Assembly (NCBI GenBank): GCA_016180575.1
Contig: JACPAY010000007.1
Span: forward strand, 1,457 to 65,456
Source of the DNA: Candidatus Omnitrophota bacterium
Lineage (GTDB): Bacteria; Omnitrophota; Gorgyraeia; Aquiviventales; Aquiviventaceae
Reading direction: 5' to 3'
Length of the DNA: 64,000 nucleotides
Below, one piece after another: positions 17,112-26,627 of this stretch. The notes beneath the pieces were generated by a model, which made no database searches, had not been told where the DNA came from, and saw nothing but the letters and a program-made list of their open reading frames with translations. Each line of letters opens with the position of its first letter. The first letter of the stretch is position 1. The translations under genes were made by a program, and so were the position numbers.

Positions 17112-18385
17112 CACGCCGCATGCCGCTCTCCATCCGCCGCATCCAGCGGCAGCTGCGCGAGCGGACCCGGAGGGAACTGGCGCGGAGCAACCGCCGGCTG
17201 TTCCACGAGGCGAACCGGCTCAAGCGGCTGCCTCTCTACCTCTTCACCATCCTGGATGAGCTCAAGGCCCAAGCGGCGGCGCGCGGGACCGATGTGATCG
17301 ACTTGGGGATGGGCAACCCGGACCTGCCGCCGCCGGCGCACGTCGTCGCCGAGCTGGTCAAGCAGGCGAGGAAGCCGGCGAACCACCGCTACTCCCGGAA
17401 GGGCGGGGATGTCGAGCAGAAGCTGCTGGAGACCATCGCGGCCTGGTACCACCGCAAGTTCCGCGTCTCGCTGGACCCGGGCGCCGAGGTGCTGCCGCTC
17501 ATCGGGTCGAAGGAGGGCATCTCGCACCTCTCGCTGGCATTCCTCAACCACGACGATATCGCGCTCGTGCCGAACCCGACCTACCCGGTGCACTTCAACG
17601 GGGTGGTCATGGCGGGCGGCATCCTGTACAACCTGCCGATCCACGCCGAGACGCACTGGCTGCCGGACCTGCGCGCCATCCCCAAGAGCGTCCTGCGCCA
17701 GTCCAAGCTGCTCTTCCTGAGCTACCCCCATAACCCGACGACGGCGGTGGCGGACCTGCGCTTCTTCAGGGAGGCGGTGGCGTGGGCCCGGGCGCACCGG
17801 ATCATGATCATCCATGACTTCGCGTACTCCGACATCACCTTCGATGGGCTCCGGGCGCCGAGCATCCTCGAGGTCCCGGGGGCGAAAGAGGTGTGCGTGG
17901 AGTTCCACACGCTCTCGAAGTCCTACAGCCTGCCGGGGCTGCGCCTCGGCTTCGGGGTGGGGAACCGGGACGTCCTGGCCTCCCTCGCGAAGACGAAGAG
18001 CTACATCGACTTCGGCATCTTCCGGGCCGTGCAGTGGGCCGCCATCGCCGCCCTGGCCGGCCCCCAGCAGTACGTCCACCGCGCGGTCGCCACGTATGCG
18101 CGGCGGCGCGACCTGGTCGTGGACGGGCTCGCGGGGATCGGCTGGCACGTCCCGAAGCCGAAAGGCACCTTCTACATCTGGACGAAGATCCCGCTCAAGT
18201 TCAACGCCCTGACCTCGCTTGAGTTCGCCACGCTCCTCATGCAGGAAGCCGGCGTGGTCGTCTCCCCCGGCAGCGGGTTCGGGGAGTACGGGGAAGGGTT
18301 TGTCCGCTTCGCGCTCGTCGAGCCCGAGCCCAGATTGCGGGAGGCGATCAAGCGCATCGCGAGGGTCCTGCAGATGGAAGATTGA
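17108..18385 (+). CDS. class I/II aminotransferase (DapL/alanine aminotransferase-like)
   Basis: In-frame ATG 17108 in track ORF 16979..18385; DLGMGNPD…, SYPHNPT…, LSKSYSLPGLRLGF motifs. Confidence 0.8.
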   Translation: MTRRMPLSIRRIQRQLRERTRRELARSNRRLFHEANRLKRLPLYLFTILDELKAQAAARGTDVIDLGMGNPDLPPPAHVVAELVKQARKPANHRYSRKGGDVEQKLLETIAAWYHRKFRVSLDPGAEVLPLIGSKEGISHLSLAFLNHDDIALVPNPTYPVHFNGVVMAGGILYNLPIHAETHWLPDLRAIPKSVLRQSKLLFLSYPHNPTTAVADLRFFREAVAWARAHRIMIIHDFAYSDITFDGLRAPSILEVPGAKEVCVEFHTLSKSYSLPGLRLGFGVGNRDVLASLAKTKSYIDFGIFRAVQWAAIAALAGPQQYVHRAVATYARRRDLVVDGLAGIGWHVPKPKGTFYIWTKIPLKFNALTSLEFATLLMQEAGVVVSPGSGFGEYGEGFVRFALVEPEPRLREAIKRIARVLQMED

Positions 18386-18412
18386 GCGCGGCCTGCGAGA
18401 GGCTGCTGAGCC

Positions 18413-19591
18413 ATGAACGGACGACGGATCCTCTTGATGCACATCACCACCAGCTCCGGCCACCATCGCGCCAGCTGCGCCATCGAGCGGACCGTCAGGG
18501 CGCTCGACCCCTCCGCGACGATCGTCAACCTCGACGCCTTCCAGTTCACCAGCCGCTTCGTCCGCTGGGCGATCACCCGCACCTACACCTCGCTGATCCA
18601 CCACCAACCGGACGTCTGGGAGTACCTCTACGACAACCCCTCGGTCCACCGCCGGCTGCAGTATTTCCGGGCGCTGCTCCACCGCTACCACGCCGCCAAG
18701 CTCCAGCAGGTCATGGAGACGGTGCGGCCCGACGCCATCGCCTGCACCCAGGCCTACCCTTGCGGGGTGGTCGCGGATTTCAAAAAGCAGCACCGCCTGC
18801 GCGTGCCGCTCATCGGCGTGCTGACGGACTACGCGCCGCACCTCTATTGGTTCCATGACACCGTCGACGTGTACGTCGTCCCCTCCGAGCAGGTGAAGCG
18901 GCGCTTCGCCACCCGGGGGGTCGACCCGGCCCGGGTGCGGGCGCTCGGCATCCCCATCGACCCCCGCTTCCATGACCCCGTCGACCGGCAGGCGGCCGCC
19001 AGGCGATTCGGCCTGAACCCCGAGCAGCCGGTGCTCCTCATCATGGGCGGCGGCAGCGGGTTCGGCCAGATGCGGGAGATCGTCCTCAGCCTCGATACGC
19101 TGCCGCATCCCTGCCAGCTCGTCGTCCTCGCCGGGACCAACCGTCCGCTCCTCGCCTGGCTGCAGGGCCAGCGGTTCCGGCACCGAGTGCTGGCCGTCGG
19201 CTACACCGAGGAGGTGCCCGAGCTCATGTCCGTCGCCACGCTGCTCGTCAGCAAGCCGGGCGGCCTGACGACCTCCGAAGCGCTGGCCAAGCACCTGCCG
19301 CTCGTCATCGTCAATCCCATCCCGGGCCAGGAAGCATACAATGCCCGCTTCCTGCTGTCCCAGGGGGCGGCGGTCCAGGCCGCGTCGGCCGCGGCGGTCC
19401 GGCAGCCCGTGCGCGATCTCCTCGACGACCCGGAACAGCTCGAGACGCTGAAGCGGCGGAACGCGGAGCTCGCCCACCCCCGCGCGGCGCCCGCCATCGC
19501 GCGCCTGCTGTGCGAGCTCGCCGACCAGTACCGGGACCGCCCGCGGCCCGAAGCGGACCGCCCGCGGCCCACCGCGGAGGTGCTCTCCTGA
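18413..19591 (+). CDS. GT28-family glycosyltransferase (monogalactosyl/glucosyl-diacylglycerol synthase-like)
   Basis: Track ORF; N-terminal ILLMHITTSSGHHRAS… and C-terminal LVSKPGGLTTSEALAKHLPLVIVNPIPGQE resemble MGDG-synthase/UgtP family. Confidence 0.7.
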   Translation: MNGRRILLMHITTSSGHHRASCAIERTVRALDPSATIVNLDAFQFTSRFVRWAITRTYTSLIHHQPDVWEYLYDNPSVHRRLQYFRALLHRYHAAKLQQVMETVRPDAIACTQAYPCGVVADFKKQHRLRVPLIGVLTDYAPHLYWFHDTVDVYVVPSEQVKRRFATRGVDPARVRALGIPIDPRFHDPVDRQAAARRFGLNPEQPVLLIMGGGSGFGQMREIVLSLDTLPHPCQLVVLAGTNRPLLAWLQGQRFRHRVLAVGYTEEVPELMSVATLLVSKPGGLTTSEALAKHLPLVIVNPIPGQEAYNARFLLSQGAAVQAASAAAVRQPVRDLLDDPEQLETLKRRNAELAHPRAAPAIARLLCELADQYRDRPRPEADRPRPTAEVLS

Positions 19592-20427
19592 GCGCGAAGT
19601 ACGCCGCCTATCGAACGGCGCAATGGCTCAGCCAGCGCCTGCCGTCGCCGGCGGCATTCGGCTGCGCCGAGCGCGTGGCCGACCTGTGGATCCGGGGCGC
19701 CCGCCGCGAGCGCGCCGCGATCCGCGCCAACCTCGCCCTGGCGCTGGAGGCTGCCGCGCCGGAGGCCACACTCGTCCGGGAGGTGTTCCGCAACTTCGGC
19801 CGCTACCTGGTGGAGTTCTTCACCATCCATCAGACCCCGAAGCCCGCGGTGTCGGTCGAGGGCTACGACCATCTCCTGAACGCCAGGCGCCGGGGAAGCG
19901 GCGCCGTGCTCCTGACCGGCCACCTCGGCAACTGGGAGGTCGGGGCGGTCCTCCTGCGCCGCATGGGCCTGCCCGTCGCGGTGATCGCCCTGCCGCATGA
20001 CGATGCCGGGACGAACCGGCTCTTCAACCGCCAACGGCACCGCTGCGGCCTCGAGGTGATCCCGGTGGGCGAGGACGCGGCGCAGCGCAGCCTGCAGCGG
20101 CTCCGGGAAGGGTGCCTCCTCGGCGTCCTCGGCGACCGGGAGTTCGGCGGGCACGGCGTGCCGGTCCGCATCTTCCGCCGCGAGCTCCTCCTGCCGAGCG
20201 GCCCGGCCATCCTGAGCCTCCGGGCCCGCGTGCCGGTCATCCCCACGTTCCTCATCCGGGAAGGCCCCTGGCGCTTCCGCCTGTGCCTGGAGCCGGCCAT
20301 CCAGCCCGACGGGCAGGAGGGGGCCGCGTTGGTCCCTCGATTGACCCAGCGCTACGCGCAGGTCCTCGAGCGATACGTGCGGCGGACGCCGACGCAGTGG
20401 CTGCTCTTCGAGCCGGCCATGGGATGA
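19510..20427 (+). CDS. lysophospholipid/lipid A acyltransferase family protein (start uncertain)
   Basis: Track ORF; LLTGHLGNWEV (HX4D/E acyltransferase motif). GTG 19510 overlaps the upstream gene by 82 nt; CTG 19588 is an alternative start. Confidence 0.7.
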   Translation: MRARRPVPGPPAARSGPPAAHRGGALLSAKYAAYRTAQWLSQRLPSPAAFGCAERVADLWIRGARRERAAIRANLALALEAAAPEATLVREVFRNFGRYLVEFFTIHQTPKPAVSVEGYDHLLNARRRGSGAVLLTGHLGNWEVGAVLLRRMGLPVAVIALPHDDAGTNRLFNRQRHRCGLEVIPVGEDAAQRSLQRLREGCLLGVLGDREFGGHGVPVRIFRRELLLPSGPAILSLRARVPVIPTFLIREGPWRFRLCLEPAIQPDGQEGAALVPRLTQRYAQVLERYVRRTPTQWLLFEPAMG

Positions 20428-20948
20428 GGGCGCTCGTCATCAGCCACCTGCGCAACCAGGGGAAGGGCTGCGCCCTGCGGACCGGCTTCATGCATGCGCT
20501 GCGGGAGCACTTCGAGGGCATCGTCACCCTGGACAGCGACGGGCAGCACGACCCGGCCGACATCCCGCAGCTCATCGCCGAAGGCGAGCGGCAGCACGCG
20601 AGCCTGGTGCTCGGCAACCGGATGGCGAACGGCGCGCGGATGCCCACGGCGAGGCGGTGGACCAACGCCGCCATGTCGCGCCTCGTCTCGACGCGCATCC
20701 GGCAGCCCATCCCGGATTCCCAGTGCGGCTTCCGGTTCATCCACAAGGAACTGTTGGACACCCTCCCCCTGCGGGCGAAGCGGTTCGAAGGCGAGACCGA
20801 GCTGGTCATCTGGGCGGCTGTGCGGCGCTGGAAGATCATCTCCGTGCCGGTGCGCAGCACCGACCAGCGCCATCCCAGCCACATCCGCCCCGTGCGGGAC
20901 GCGGTCCGGTTCCTGGGCGTGCTGATCCGGTCGCTGGCCTGGCGATGA
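20424..20948 (+). CDS. glycosyltransferase family 2, N-terminally truncated (possible remnant)
   Basis: ATG 20424 overlapping the previous stop. NQGKGCALRTGF and LDSDGQHDP motifs present, but the usual N-terminal ~80 aa are absent in every frame upstream. Confidence 0.55.
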   Translation: MRALVISHLRNQGKGCALRTGFMHALREHFEGIVTLDSDGQHDPADIPQLIAEGERQHASLVLGNRMANGARMPTARRWTNAAMSRLVSTRIRQPIPDSQCGFRFIHKELLDTLPLRAKRFEGETELVIWAAVRRWKIISVPVRSTDQRHPSHIRPVRDAVRFLGVLIRSLAWR

Positions 20949-20984
20949 TCCAATGGTGAGCGAGTGAAACGAGTCGAACCATGA
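20944..20984 (+). repeat. R2 gene-junction element, short variant (GT2 stop to pcm start)
   Basis: GATGATCC-AATGGTGAGCGAG-TGAAA-CGAGTCGAACCATGA. Confidence 0.7.
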
Positions 20985-21619
20985 GCTTCGAGGAGCAGCG
21001 TGAGCAGATGGTCCTGGAGCAGCTCCTGGCTCGGGGGCTGACGGACGAACGGCTGCTGGCTGCCTTCCGCAAGGTCCCGCGCCACCGCTTCGTCCCGCCG
21101 GAGCTCGAGGCGCAAGCGTATACGGACCATCCGCTGCCGATCGGCGCCGGCCAGACGATCAGCCAGCCCTACATGGTGGCCCTGATGACCAGCCGCCTCG
21201 TCCTGCAGGGCCATGAGCGCGTCCTGGAAATCGGCGCGGGCTCCGGCTACCAGGCGGCCATCCTCGCGGAGCTGGCGCTGGAGGTCTTCTCCGTGGAGCG
21301 GATCCCGGAGCTGTTGCGCGCCGCGGCCGAGCGTCTGGGCGCCCTCGGGTACCTCAACGTCCACTTCACGGCCGGCAACGGATCGCTCGGATGGGCTGCG
21401 CATGCGCCCTACGACGCCATCGTGGTCACCGCAGCCGCCCCGGAGATCCCGGAACCGCTCCTCGCGCAACTGGCGGACGGCGGCACGATGGTCCTGCCCA
21501 TTGGCCCCCCCGAGGGCCAGATGCTCGTGGAGGCGCGCAAGCGGCATGGGACCGTCACGCAGCGCGAGATCGCCAGCTGCGTCTTCGTGCCGCTCCTCGG
21601 CCGATACGGCTGGACATGA
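20981..21619 (+). CDS. pcm: protein-L-isoaspartate O-methyltransferase
   Basis: Track ORF; ISQPYMVALMT…, VLEIGAGSGYQAAILAEL SAM motif; start ATG lies inside the short R2 repeat. Confidence 0.92.
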   Translation: MSFEEQREQMVLEQLLARGLTDERLLAAFRKVPRHRFVPPELEAQAYTDHPLPIGAGQTISQPYMVALMTSRLVLQGHERVLEIGAGSGYQAAILAELALEVFSVERIPELLRAAAERLGALGYLNVHFTAGNGSLGWAAHAPYDAIVVTAAAPEIPEPLLAQLADGGTMVLPIGPPEGQMLVEARKRHGTVTQREIASCVFVPLLGRYGWT

Positions 21620-22275
21620 GCGACCGGATGTTCCTCATCTCGTTCAGCGCCTCGGTGGGGCTCCACCTGCTGCTCGTCATCGGGCAGTTCCTCTCCTGGA
21701 GGTGGTTCGACCTGCCGAGGCAGCGCCTCGCCCTGGAGGTCATCTACGAGACGCTGGACGATCCGGCTGACGAGCTGCAGCTCCTCAAGGAGCAGCTCAC
21801 CCGCGCCACGCGCGAGACATCCGCCTCGCCGGCGCCGAGCGTCTCCGGCGCGCACACGCAGATCCGCATCCCGGACCGGCCCCTGCTGGCCGCCGAGCAG
21901 CCGCTGGCCGCGCTCATGCCGGACCGCGGGCCCATCGTGGACCTGACCAACCTCGTGGACGCCGCGCGCGGCGATCCGGTGCTGCTGAGCTACTTCGGCG
22001 CGATCCGCGAGCAGATCCAGCGGAAGGCCAACGAGCAGGCCTGGCTGGCGGGGGAGACCCACCAGGGGCTCGTGTACGTCTCCTTCCTCCTCACCGCAAG
22101 CGGCCGGCTCCAGGAAGTGGGGGTCGTGACGGAGCGGTCTGCCGGCGCCCGCCCGCTGTGGGAGGCGGCGCTGCGGATCATCAGGAGCTCGGCGCCGTTC
22201 CCGCCGTTCCCCCCCTCCATGGCCGACCCCAGCAAGACCATCATCGTGCCCCTCGAGTTCCTCGTCGATTCGTAG
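21616..22275 (+). CDS. TonB C-terminal-domain protein
   Basis: In-frame ATG 21616 overlapping the pcm stop; N-terminal TM helix; C-terminal GLVYVSFLLTASGRLQEV…APFPPFPP…IIVPLEF resembles the TonB_C fold. Confidence 0.65.
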   Translation: MSDRMFLISFSASVGLHLLLVIGQFLSWRWFDLPRQRLALEVIYETLDDPADELQLLKEQLTRATRETSASPAPSVSGAHTQIRIPDRPLLAAEQPLAALMPDRGPIVDLTNLVDAARGDPVLLSYFGAIREQIQRKANEQAWLAGETHQGLVYVSFLLTASGRLQEVGVVTERSAGARPLWEAALRIIRSSAPFPPFPPSMADPSKTIIVPLEFLVDS

Positions 22276-22279
22276 CGAA

Positions 22280-22308
22280 TTGACACCGTGAGGGCGGTAT
22301 CGTATAAT
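22280..22308 (+). promoter_or_regulatory. sigma70-type promoter upstream of rpsU (TTGACA-17 nt-TATAAT)
   Basis: Exact consensus hexamers at 22280-22285 and 22303-22308 with a 17-nt spacer; GAGGAG Shine-Dalgarno at 22321-22326 and ATG at 22332. Confidence 0.65.
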
Positions 22309-22331
22309 GCGCTCTGACGCGAGGAGATGCG

Positions 22332-22514
22332 ATGCCCCGGGTTGAAGTTCGAGACGATGAATCGCTGGAAAAGGCGCTGAGGCGATTCAAGCGCATGCTT
22401 GAGCGCGAAGGGACCCTCAAAGCGCTCAAGGCCAAGAAGCACTACGAGAAGCCGAGCGAGCGCAAGCGTCGGGAGCTCCGGCAGGCGATCAGCCGGCGCG
22501 CCCGCTCGGCGTAG
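22332..22514 (+). CDS. rpsU: 30S ribosomal protein S21
   Basis: Track ORF, 60 aa, MPRVEVRDDESLEKALRRFKRMLEREG… typical S21. Confidence 0.95.
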   Translation: MPRVEVRDDESLEKALRRFKRMLEREGTLKALKAKKHYEKPSERKRRELRQAISRRARSA

Positions 22515-25204
22515 TGTCCGTTCGCGTGCCCATCCCCCCTGCCGGCCAAACAACTCGGCTTCGCCGCCTCGATGAGAGGCCGTCCCCCCGGCACCGCGCC
22601 GGGGTCGTCGTGGCCGCCACAACCGCGCTCAGCATGCTGATGATGTCTCACAGTGCAAAGGCCGCCGTCCCGTCCCGCGCATCGGTGCATCACCTGGTGC
22701 TGGACAACGGCCTCCAGGCGGTCTGGGAAGAGGACCGCCGCCAGCCGCTGGTGGCCGTCGAGGTCCGCATCCAAGGCGGCCTGCGGGGCGAGGGCCGGTG
22801 GCTCGGCACCGGCATCACCCACTTCATCGAGCACATGCTCTTCAAAGGGACCCCCTCGCGCCCGCCCGGCACGATCGAGCAAGAGGTGCGCCGCTACGGC
22901 GGGACGATCAACGCCTTCACCTCGTTCGACGCCACCGGGGTCTCGCTGTTCGTGGAATCCCCCCACCTGCGCGACGCCCTCGTCATGCTGGCGGATATCC
23001 TGCAGCATGCCGTGTTCGACCAGGTCGAGTTCGAGAAGGAGCGGGCCGTCATCGTCTCCGAGATTCAGATGAACCGGGACGACCCCAACCGGCGCCTCCA
23101 CGAGTTGTTTTGGTCCCGCCATATGCTGGTACACCCCTACCGGCACCCCACCATCGGCTACCAGCCGCTCCTCGAGCGGCTGACGGTCCAGGACTTGACC
23201 GCCTTCTATGCCTCGCAGTACCAACCGCAGCACATCACCATCGCCTGCGTCGGCGACCTCGATGGCGCCGCCTTTCCGGCGCTGGTGCGGGAGCTCTTCG
23301 GGCCCTGGGCCCGGGGGACGACGGATCCCCTGCAGGAACTCGTCCCGGCGGAGCCGCCGAGCGCCAGCACGAAGCGCATCGAGATCGAGCTCCCCGTCCA
23401 GACCGCCTATGCGATGCTCGGGTTCTCCTCGGTGCGCCTCTCCGACCCGGACCTCTACCCGCTCGACGTGCTGGCCACCATCGTCGGGCAGGGGCGCAGC
23501 TCGCGGCTCTATGAAACCGTCGTCCGGACGCGGCGCCTGGCGCATGCCATCACCGCCTGGAACTACACCCCCTATGACCCGGGCGTCTTCGCCGTCCAGT
23601 GGCAGACCGACCCCGAGCAGCTCGACGCTTCGGCGGAGGCCATCCTCGACGTGCTGGACGATATCAAGCAGCGCGGGGCGAGCGAGGCCGAGCTCGAGAA
23701 GGCGAAGAAGGCGGTCACCGCCGCGTACCTCTTCGGCCTCCAGACGGTGGAGGCGAAGGCGGGCGACCTGGCTTCCTCCTTTGCCGAAACCGGGGACCCC
23801 CTGTTTTCGAGGCGCTACGTCGAGGGGATCGACCAGGTGACGGGTCCGCAGGTCAAGGCCGCCGCCCGGCGCTACTGCGACCGGTCCGCGATGACCCTGG
23901 CCGTCATCCGCCCCGCCGCGGCAGCCGCCGCACCGGCGGCTCCCGAGGCGCAGGCGGCGCCGGTCCCGGTCACGAAGACCGTCCTCGGCAACGGCGCCAC
24001 CGCGCTCATCGGCGTCGACCCCGGCCTGCCGATCGCGGCGATCGTCGTGGCGTTCCGCGGCGGGGTCCGCGTCGAGACGGACGACACCCAAGGCCTGTCC
24101 AACCTGGTCGCCCAGCTGCTCATCAAGGGGACGAAGCAGAAGAGCGCCCTCGAGATCGCCCAGGCGGTCGAATCACTGGGCGGGTCCATCGAACCGTTCA
24201 GCGGGCGGGACGGCTTCGGGGTCGTGCTGCAGCTCCTGGCCGCTGATGCGGCAACCGGCGTTGCGCTCCTGCATGAGCTGGTCACGCAGTCCACATTCCC
24301 TGAGGAGGAGCTGGCCATCCAGCGGAGGCTCATCACCAAGCAGCTGGCGGCCGAGGAGGACGAGCTGTTCGACGTCGGCGGGCGGCTGCTCCGGCAGACG
24401 CTCTTCGAGCGCCACCCCTACCGCTTCCATCCGCTCGGGGATGAGGACACCCTCAAGGTCCTGACGCGCGAGCAGTGCCTGGCGTTCGCCAGGCGCTGGC
24501 TCGTGCCGTCGAACGCCGTCGTCGCGGTCTTCGGCGACGTCGATGCGGCCGCCGTGGGCCGCCAGCTTGAGCGGTCATTCGGCGCCATCAAGCCGGGCGC
24601 GTCCGAGTGGCCGGACCGGCTGGCCGCCGAGCCGCTGGAGGACGTGCGCGAGGCCGCCCGCGCCATGGAGAAGGAGCAGGCGCTCATCATGCTCGGGTTC
24701 CGCGGCAGCACCTACGCGGCCGACGATCGCTATGCGCTCGATCTCCTGACGGCGGTGCTCTCCGGGATGTCCGGCCGGCTCTTCCAGGCGGTCCGCGAGC
24801 AGCACGGCCTCTCCTACACGCTGGGCGCCGTGCACGTCCCGGGCTGGGACCCCGGCTACCTGCTGGTGTACGCCGCGACGCGCCCCGAGGAAACGGCGCG
24901 GGTGCAGGCGGCGCTGCGGGACCAGCTCGCACTCGCCGCCGCCAAGGGGGTCGACGCGGAGGAACTCGAGCAGGCCAAGCGCTATCTCATCGGCCAGCAC
25001 CGGATGGAGCTCCAGCACCTGATCGGCCTGGCCAAGCGCTCCGCGCTGGATGAGCTCTACGGCATCGGCTACGATGCGTGGCGGAGCTATGAGGACAAGA
25101 TCAATGCCCTCACCGTGCCCGTGGTGAATGAGGCGGCGGCGCGCTACCTCACGATGCCACAGCATGCGGAAGTGGTGATTGCGCCCAATGGAAAAGCACC
25201 ATAG
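22514..25204 (+). CDS. fused double M16 (pitrilysin/insulinase) zinc peptidase
   Basis: Track ORF, 896 aa; HFIEH inverted zinc motif near the N-terminus; two M16/M16_C-like halves; hydrophobic signal-like segment. Start (GTG 22514) uncertain. Confidence 0.8.
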   Translation: MSVRVPIPPAGQTTRLRRLDERPSPRHRAGVVVAATTALSMLMMSHSAKAAVPSRASVHHLVLDNGLQAVWEEDRRQPLVAVEVRIQGGLRGEGRWLGTGITHFIEHMLFKGTPSRPPGTIEQEVRRYGGTINAFTSFDATGVSLFVESPHLRDALVMLADILQHAVFDQVEFEKERAVIVSEIQMNRDDPNRRLHELFWSRHMLVHPYRHPTIGYQPLLERLTVQDLTAFYASQYQPQHITIACVGDLDGAAFPALVRELFGPWARGTTDPLQELVPAEPPSASTKRIEIELPVQTAYAMLGFSSVRLSDPDLYPLDVLATIVGQGRSSRLYETVVRTRRLAHAITAWNYTPYDPGVFAVQWQTDPEQLDASAEAILDVLDDIKQRGASEAELEKAKKAVTAAYLFGLQTVEAKAGDLASSFAETGDPLFSRRYVEGIDQVTGPQVKAAARRYCDRSAMTLAVIRPAAAAAAPAAPEAQAAPVPVTKTVLGNGATALIGVDPGLPIAAIVVAFRGGVRVETDDTQGLSNLVAQLLIKGTKQKSALEIAQAVESLGGSIEPFSGRDGFGVVLQLLAADAATGVALLHELVTQSTFPEEELAIQRRLITKQLAAEEDELFDVGGRLLRQTLFERHPYRFHPLGDEDTLKVLTREQCLAFARRWLVPSNAVVAVFGDVDAAAVGRQLERSFGAIKPGASEWPDRLAAEPLEDVREAARAMEKEQALIMLGFRGSTYAADDRYALDLLTAVLSGMSGRLFQAVREQHGLSYTLGAVHVPGWDPGYLLVYAATRPEETARVQAALRDQLALAAAKGVDAEELEQAKRYLIGQHRMELQHLIGLAKRSALDELYGIGYDAWRSYEDKINALTVPVVNEAAARYLTMPQHAEVVIAPNGKAP

Positions 25205-25219
25205 TCCCTGGACCTGCGT

Positions 25220-25348
25220 GGCCGCGGGTCCTGCCGCGCCGCCACCCCGCCGGCTGTCCTCGGCCTGGTCGGCCTGCGGGCAGGCGGCGGGGGCCCCGGC
25301 TCCCCCGGCCCGCTCCGGCGTGCCGGGGCGGGCGCGTCACCCGCGGCC
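25220..25348 (+). repeat. R3 element, 129-nt variant with nested 30-nt insert
   Basis: Same termini; extra CCCCGGCCCGCTCCGGCGTGCCGGGGCGGG segment (itself a CCCCGGC/GCCGGGG hairpin). Confidence 0.9.
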
Positions 25349-25415
25349 CAGCGAGGTATTCGACACAGCACCTGGGATCGCTTCTGCGCCTGAGCCGAGG
25401 GTCCACCGACCGGCT

Positions 25416-26204
25416 GTGGCCGGCTATTACTACCCGGCGGAGCCGGACGCGCTGCGGGATGCGGTCGATGCCTGGAGCCGGCGGGAGGCGCCGCCCCTGC
25501 CGGCGCGCGCCGTGATCGTGCCGCATAGCAGTTTCGCCCGCTCCGGCGCCATCGCGGGGGCGATGTGCGCGCGAGTGGCGATCCCGCGCCGGTGCCTCCT
25601 CATCGGCCCCTCGCACACCGGCAGCCGGATGCGCTGGAGCCTGATGGCCGCCGGCGCCTATCAGACGCCGCTCGGCGAGGTGCCGGTCGATGAGGCCAGC
25701 GCGGAGGCGCTGCGCCTCCGATGCCCGTTCCTCGAGGTCGATGGCTCGGCGCAGCGCGGGGAGCATGCGCTCGAGGTCGTGCTCCCGTTCTTCCAGCGCC
25801 TCGGCCCGGCGGACCTGACGGCTCTCCCCATCGTGATGGGGGCGGAAGACGGGGGAGAGATCAGCCGGCTCGCCGACGCGATCGCCCAGACAGTCCGGAT
25901 GTCCGAGGAGCCCTGGCTGCTCATCGCCAGCGCCGACCTCTCGCAGCATGAGCCGCGCGACCGTGCCGTTCGGCTCGACCGCGCGGTCATCGAACGGATC
26001 GCCGCCCTGGACGGGGCGGGCCTGCTGCGCCTGGCGCGGGAGCGTCCCGCCCGGATGTGCGGCGCGGGCGCGGCCGCCTGCGTGCTCCAGGCCGCTGCGG
26101 CGCTGGGGGCGTCCCGCGGGACGCTCGTGCGATACGGCACCAGCGCCGACGCCGAGGGCGACCCGCACGCCGTCACCGGCTACGCCGGCTTCCTCATCGA
26201 GTGA
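25416..26204 (+). CDS. MEMO1/AmmeMemoRadiSam-system protein B family (start uncertain)
   Basis: Track ORF 25179..26204. Conserved domain begins AGYYYPAEPDALRDAV. GTG 25416 is the nearest start; ATG 25179 would read through repeat R3. Confidence 0.7.
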   Translation: MAGYYYPAEPDALRDAVDAWSRREAPPLPARAVIVPHSSFARSGAIAGAMCARVAIPRRCLLIGPSHTGSRMRWSLMAAGAYQTPLGEVPVDEASAEALRLRCPFLEVDGSAQRGEHALEVVLPFFQRLGPADLTALPIVMGAEDGGEISRLADAIAQTVRMSEEPWLLIASADLSQHEPRDRAVRLDRAVIERIAALDGAGLLRLARERPARMCGAGAAACVLQAAAALGASRGTLVRYGTSADAEGDPHAVTGYAGFLIE

Positions 26205-26207
26205 CGC

Positions 26208-26627
26208 ATGGACGAGCCGATCAAGAAGCGGGTGGATGAATCCTGGAAAGAGCAGGCCGAGCGGGAGAAGCATGCCGCGGCCGGAGCCGCCGCCTCGCCC
26301 GCCGGCCAGTCACCCGCTGCCAGACCGGCTGCCGCGGCGGGACCCGCCCCGGAGGAGCGCGGAAGCGCCGAGGAGCTGCCGGAGGCGCGCTTTGACCTCT
26401 TCCTCTCGGGCCTGGCGATGGAAGCGCTCATCGCCCTCGGCGACATGCCCCATCCAGCCACGCGGAAGCAGGCGGTGAACCTGCCCCACGCCAAGTACCT
26501 CGTTGACCTCCTCGGCGTGCTGGAAGAGAAGACGAAAGGCAACCTCACGGCGGACGAAGACAAGCTGTTCAAGGACACGCTCTACCAGCTCCGGATGCGG
26601 TACCTCGCGAAGGCGGGCGGGCCATGA
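26208..26627 (+). CDS. DUF1844-like protein
   Basis: Track ORF; C-terminal FDLFLSGLAMEALIALGDMPHP…AKYLVDLLGVLEEKTKGNL resembles DUF1844. Confidence 0.6.
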   Translation: MDEPIKKRVDESWKEQAEREKHAAAGAAASPAGQSPAARPAAAAGPAPEERGSAEELPEARFDLFLSGLAMEALIALGDMPHPATRKQAVNLPHAKYLVDLLGVLEEKTKGNLTADEDKLFKDTLYQLRMRYLAKAGGP

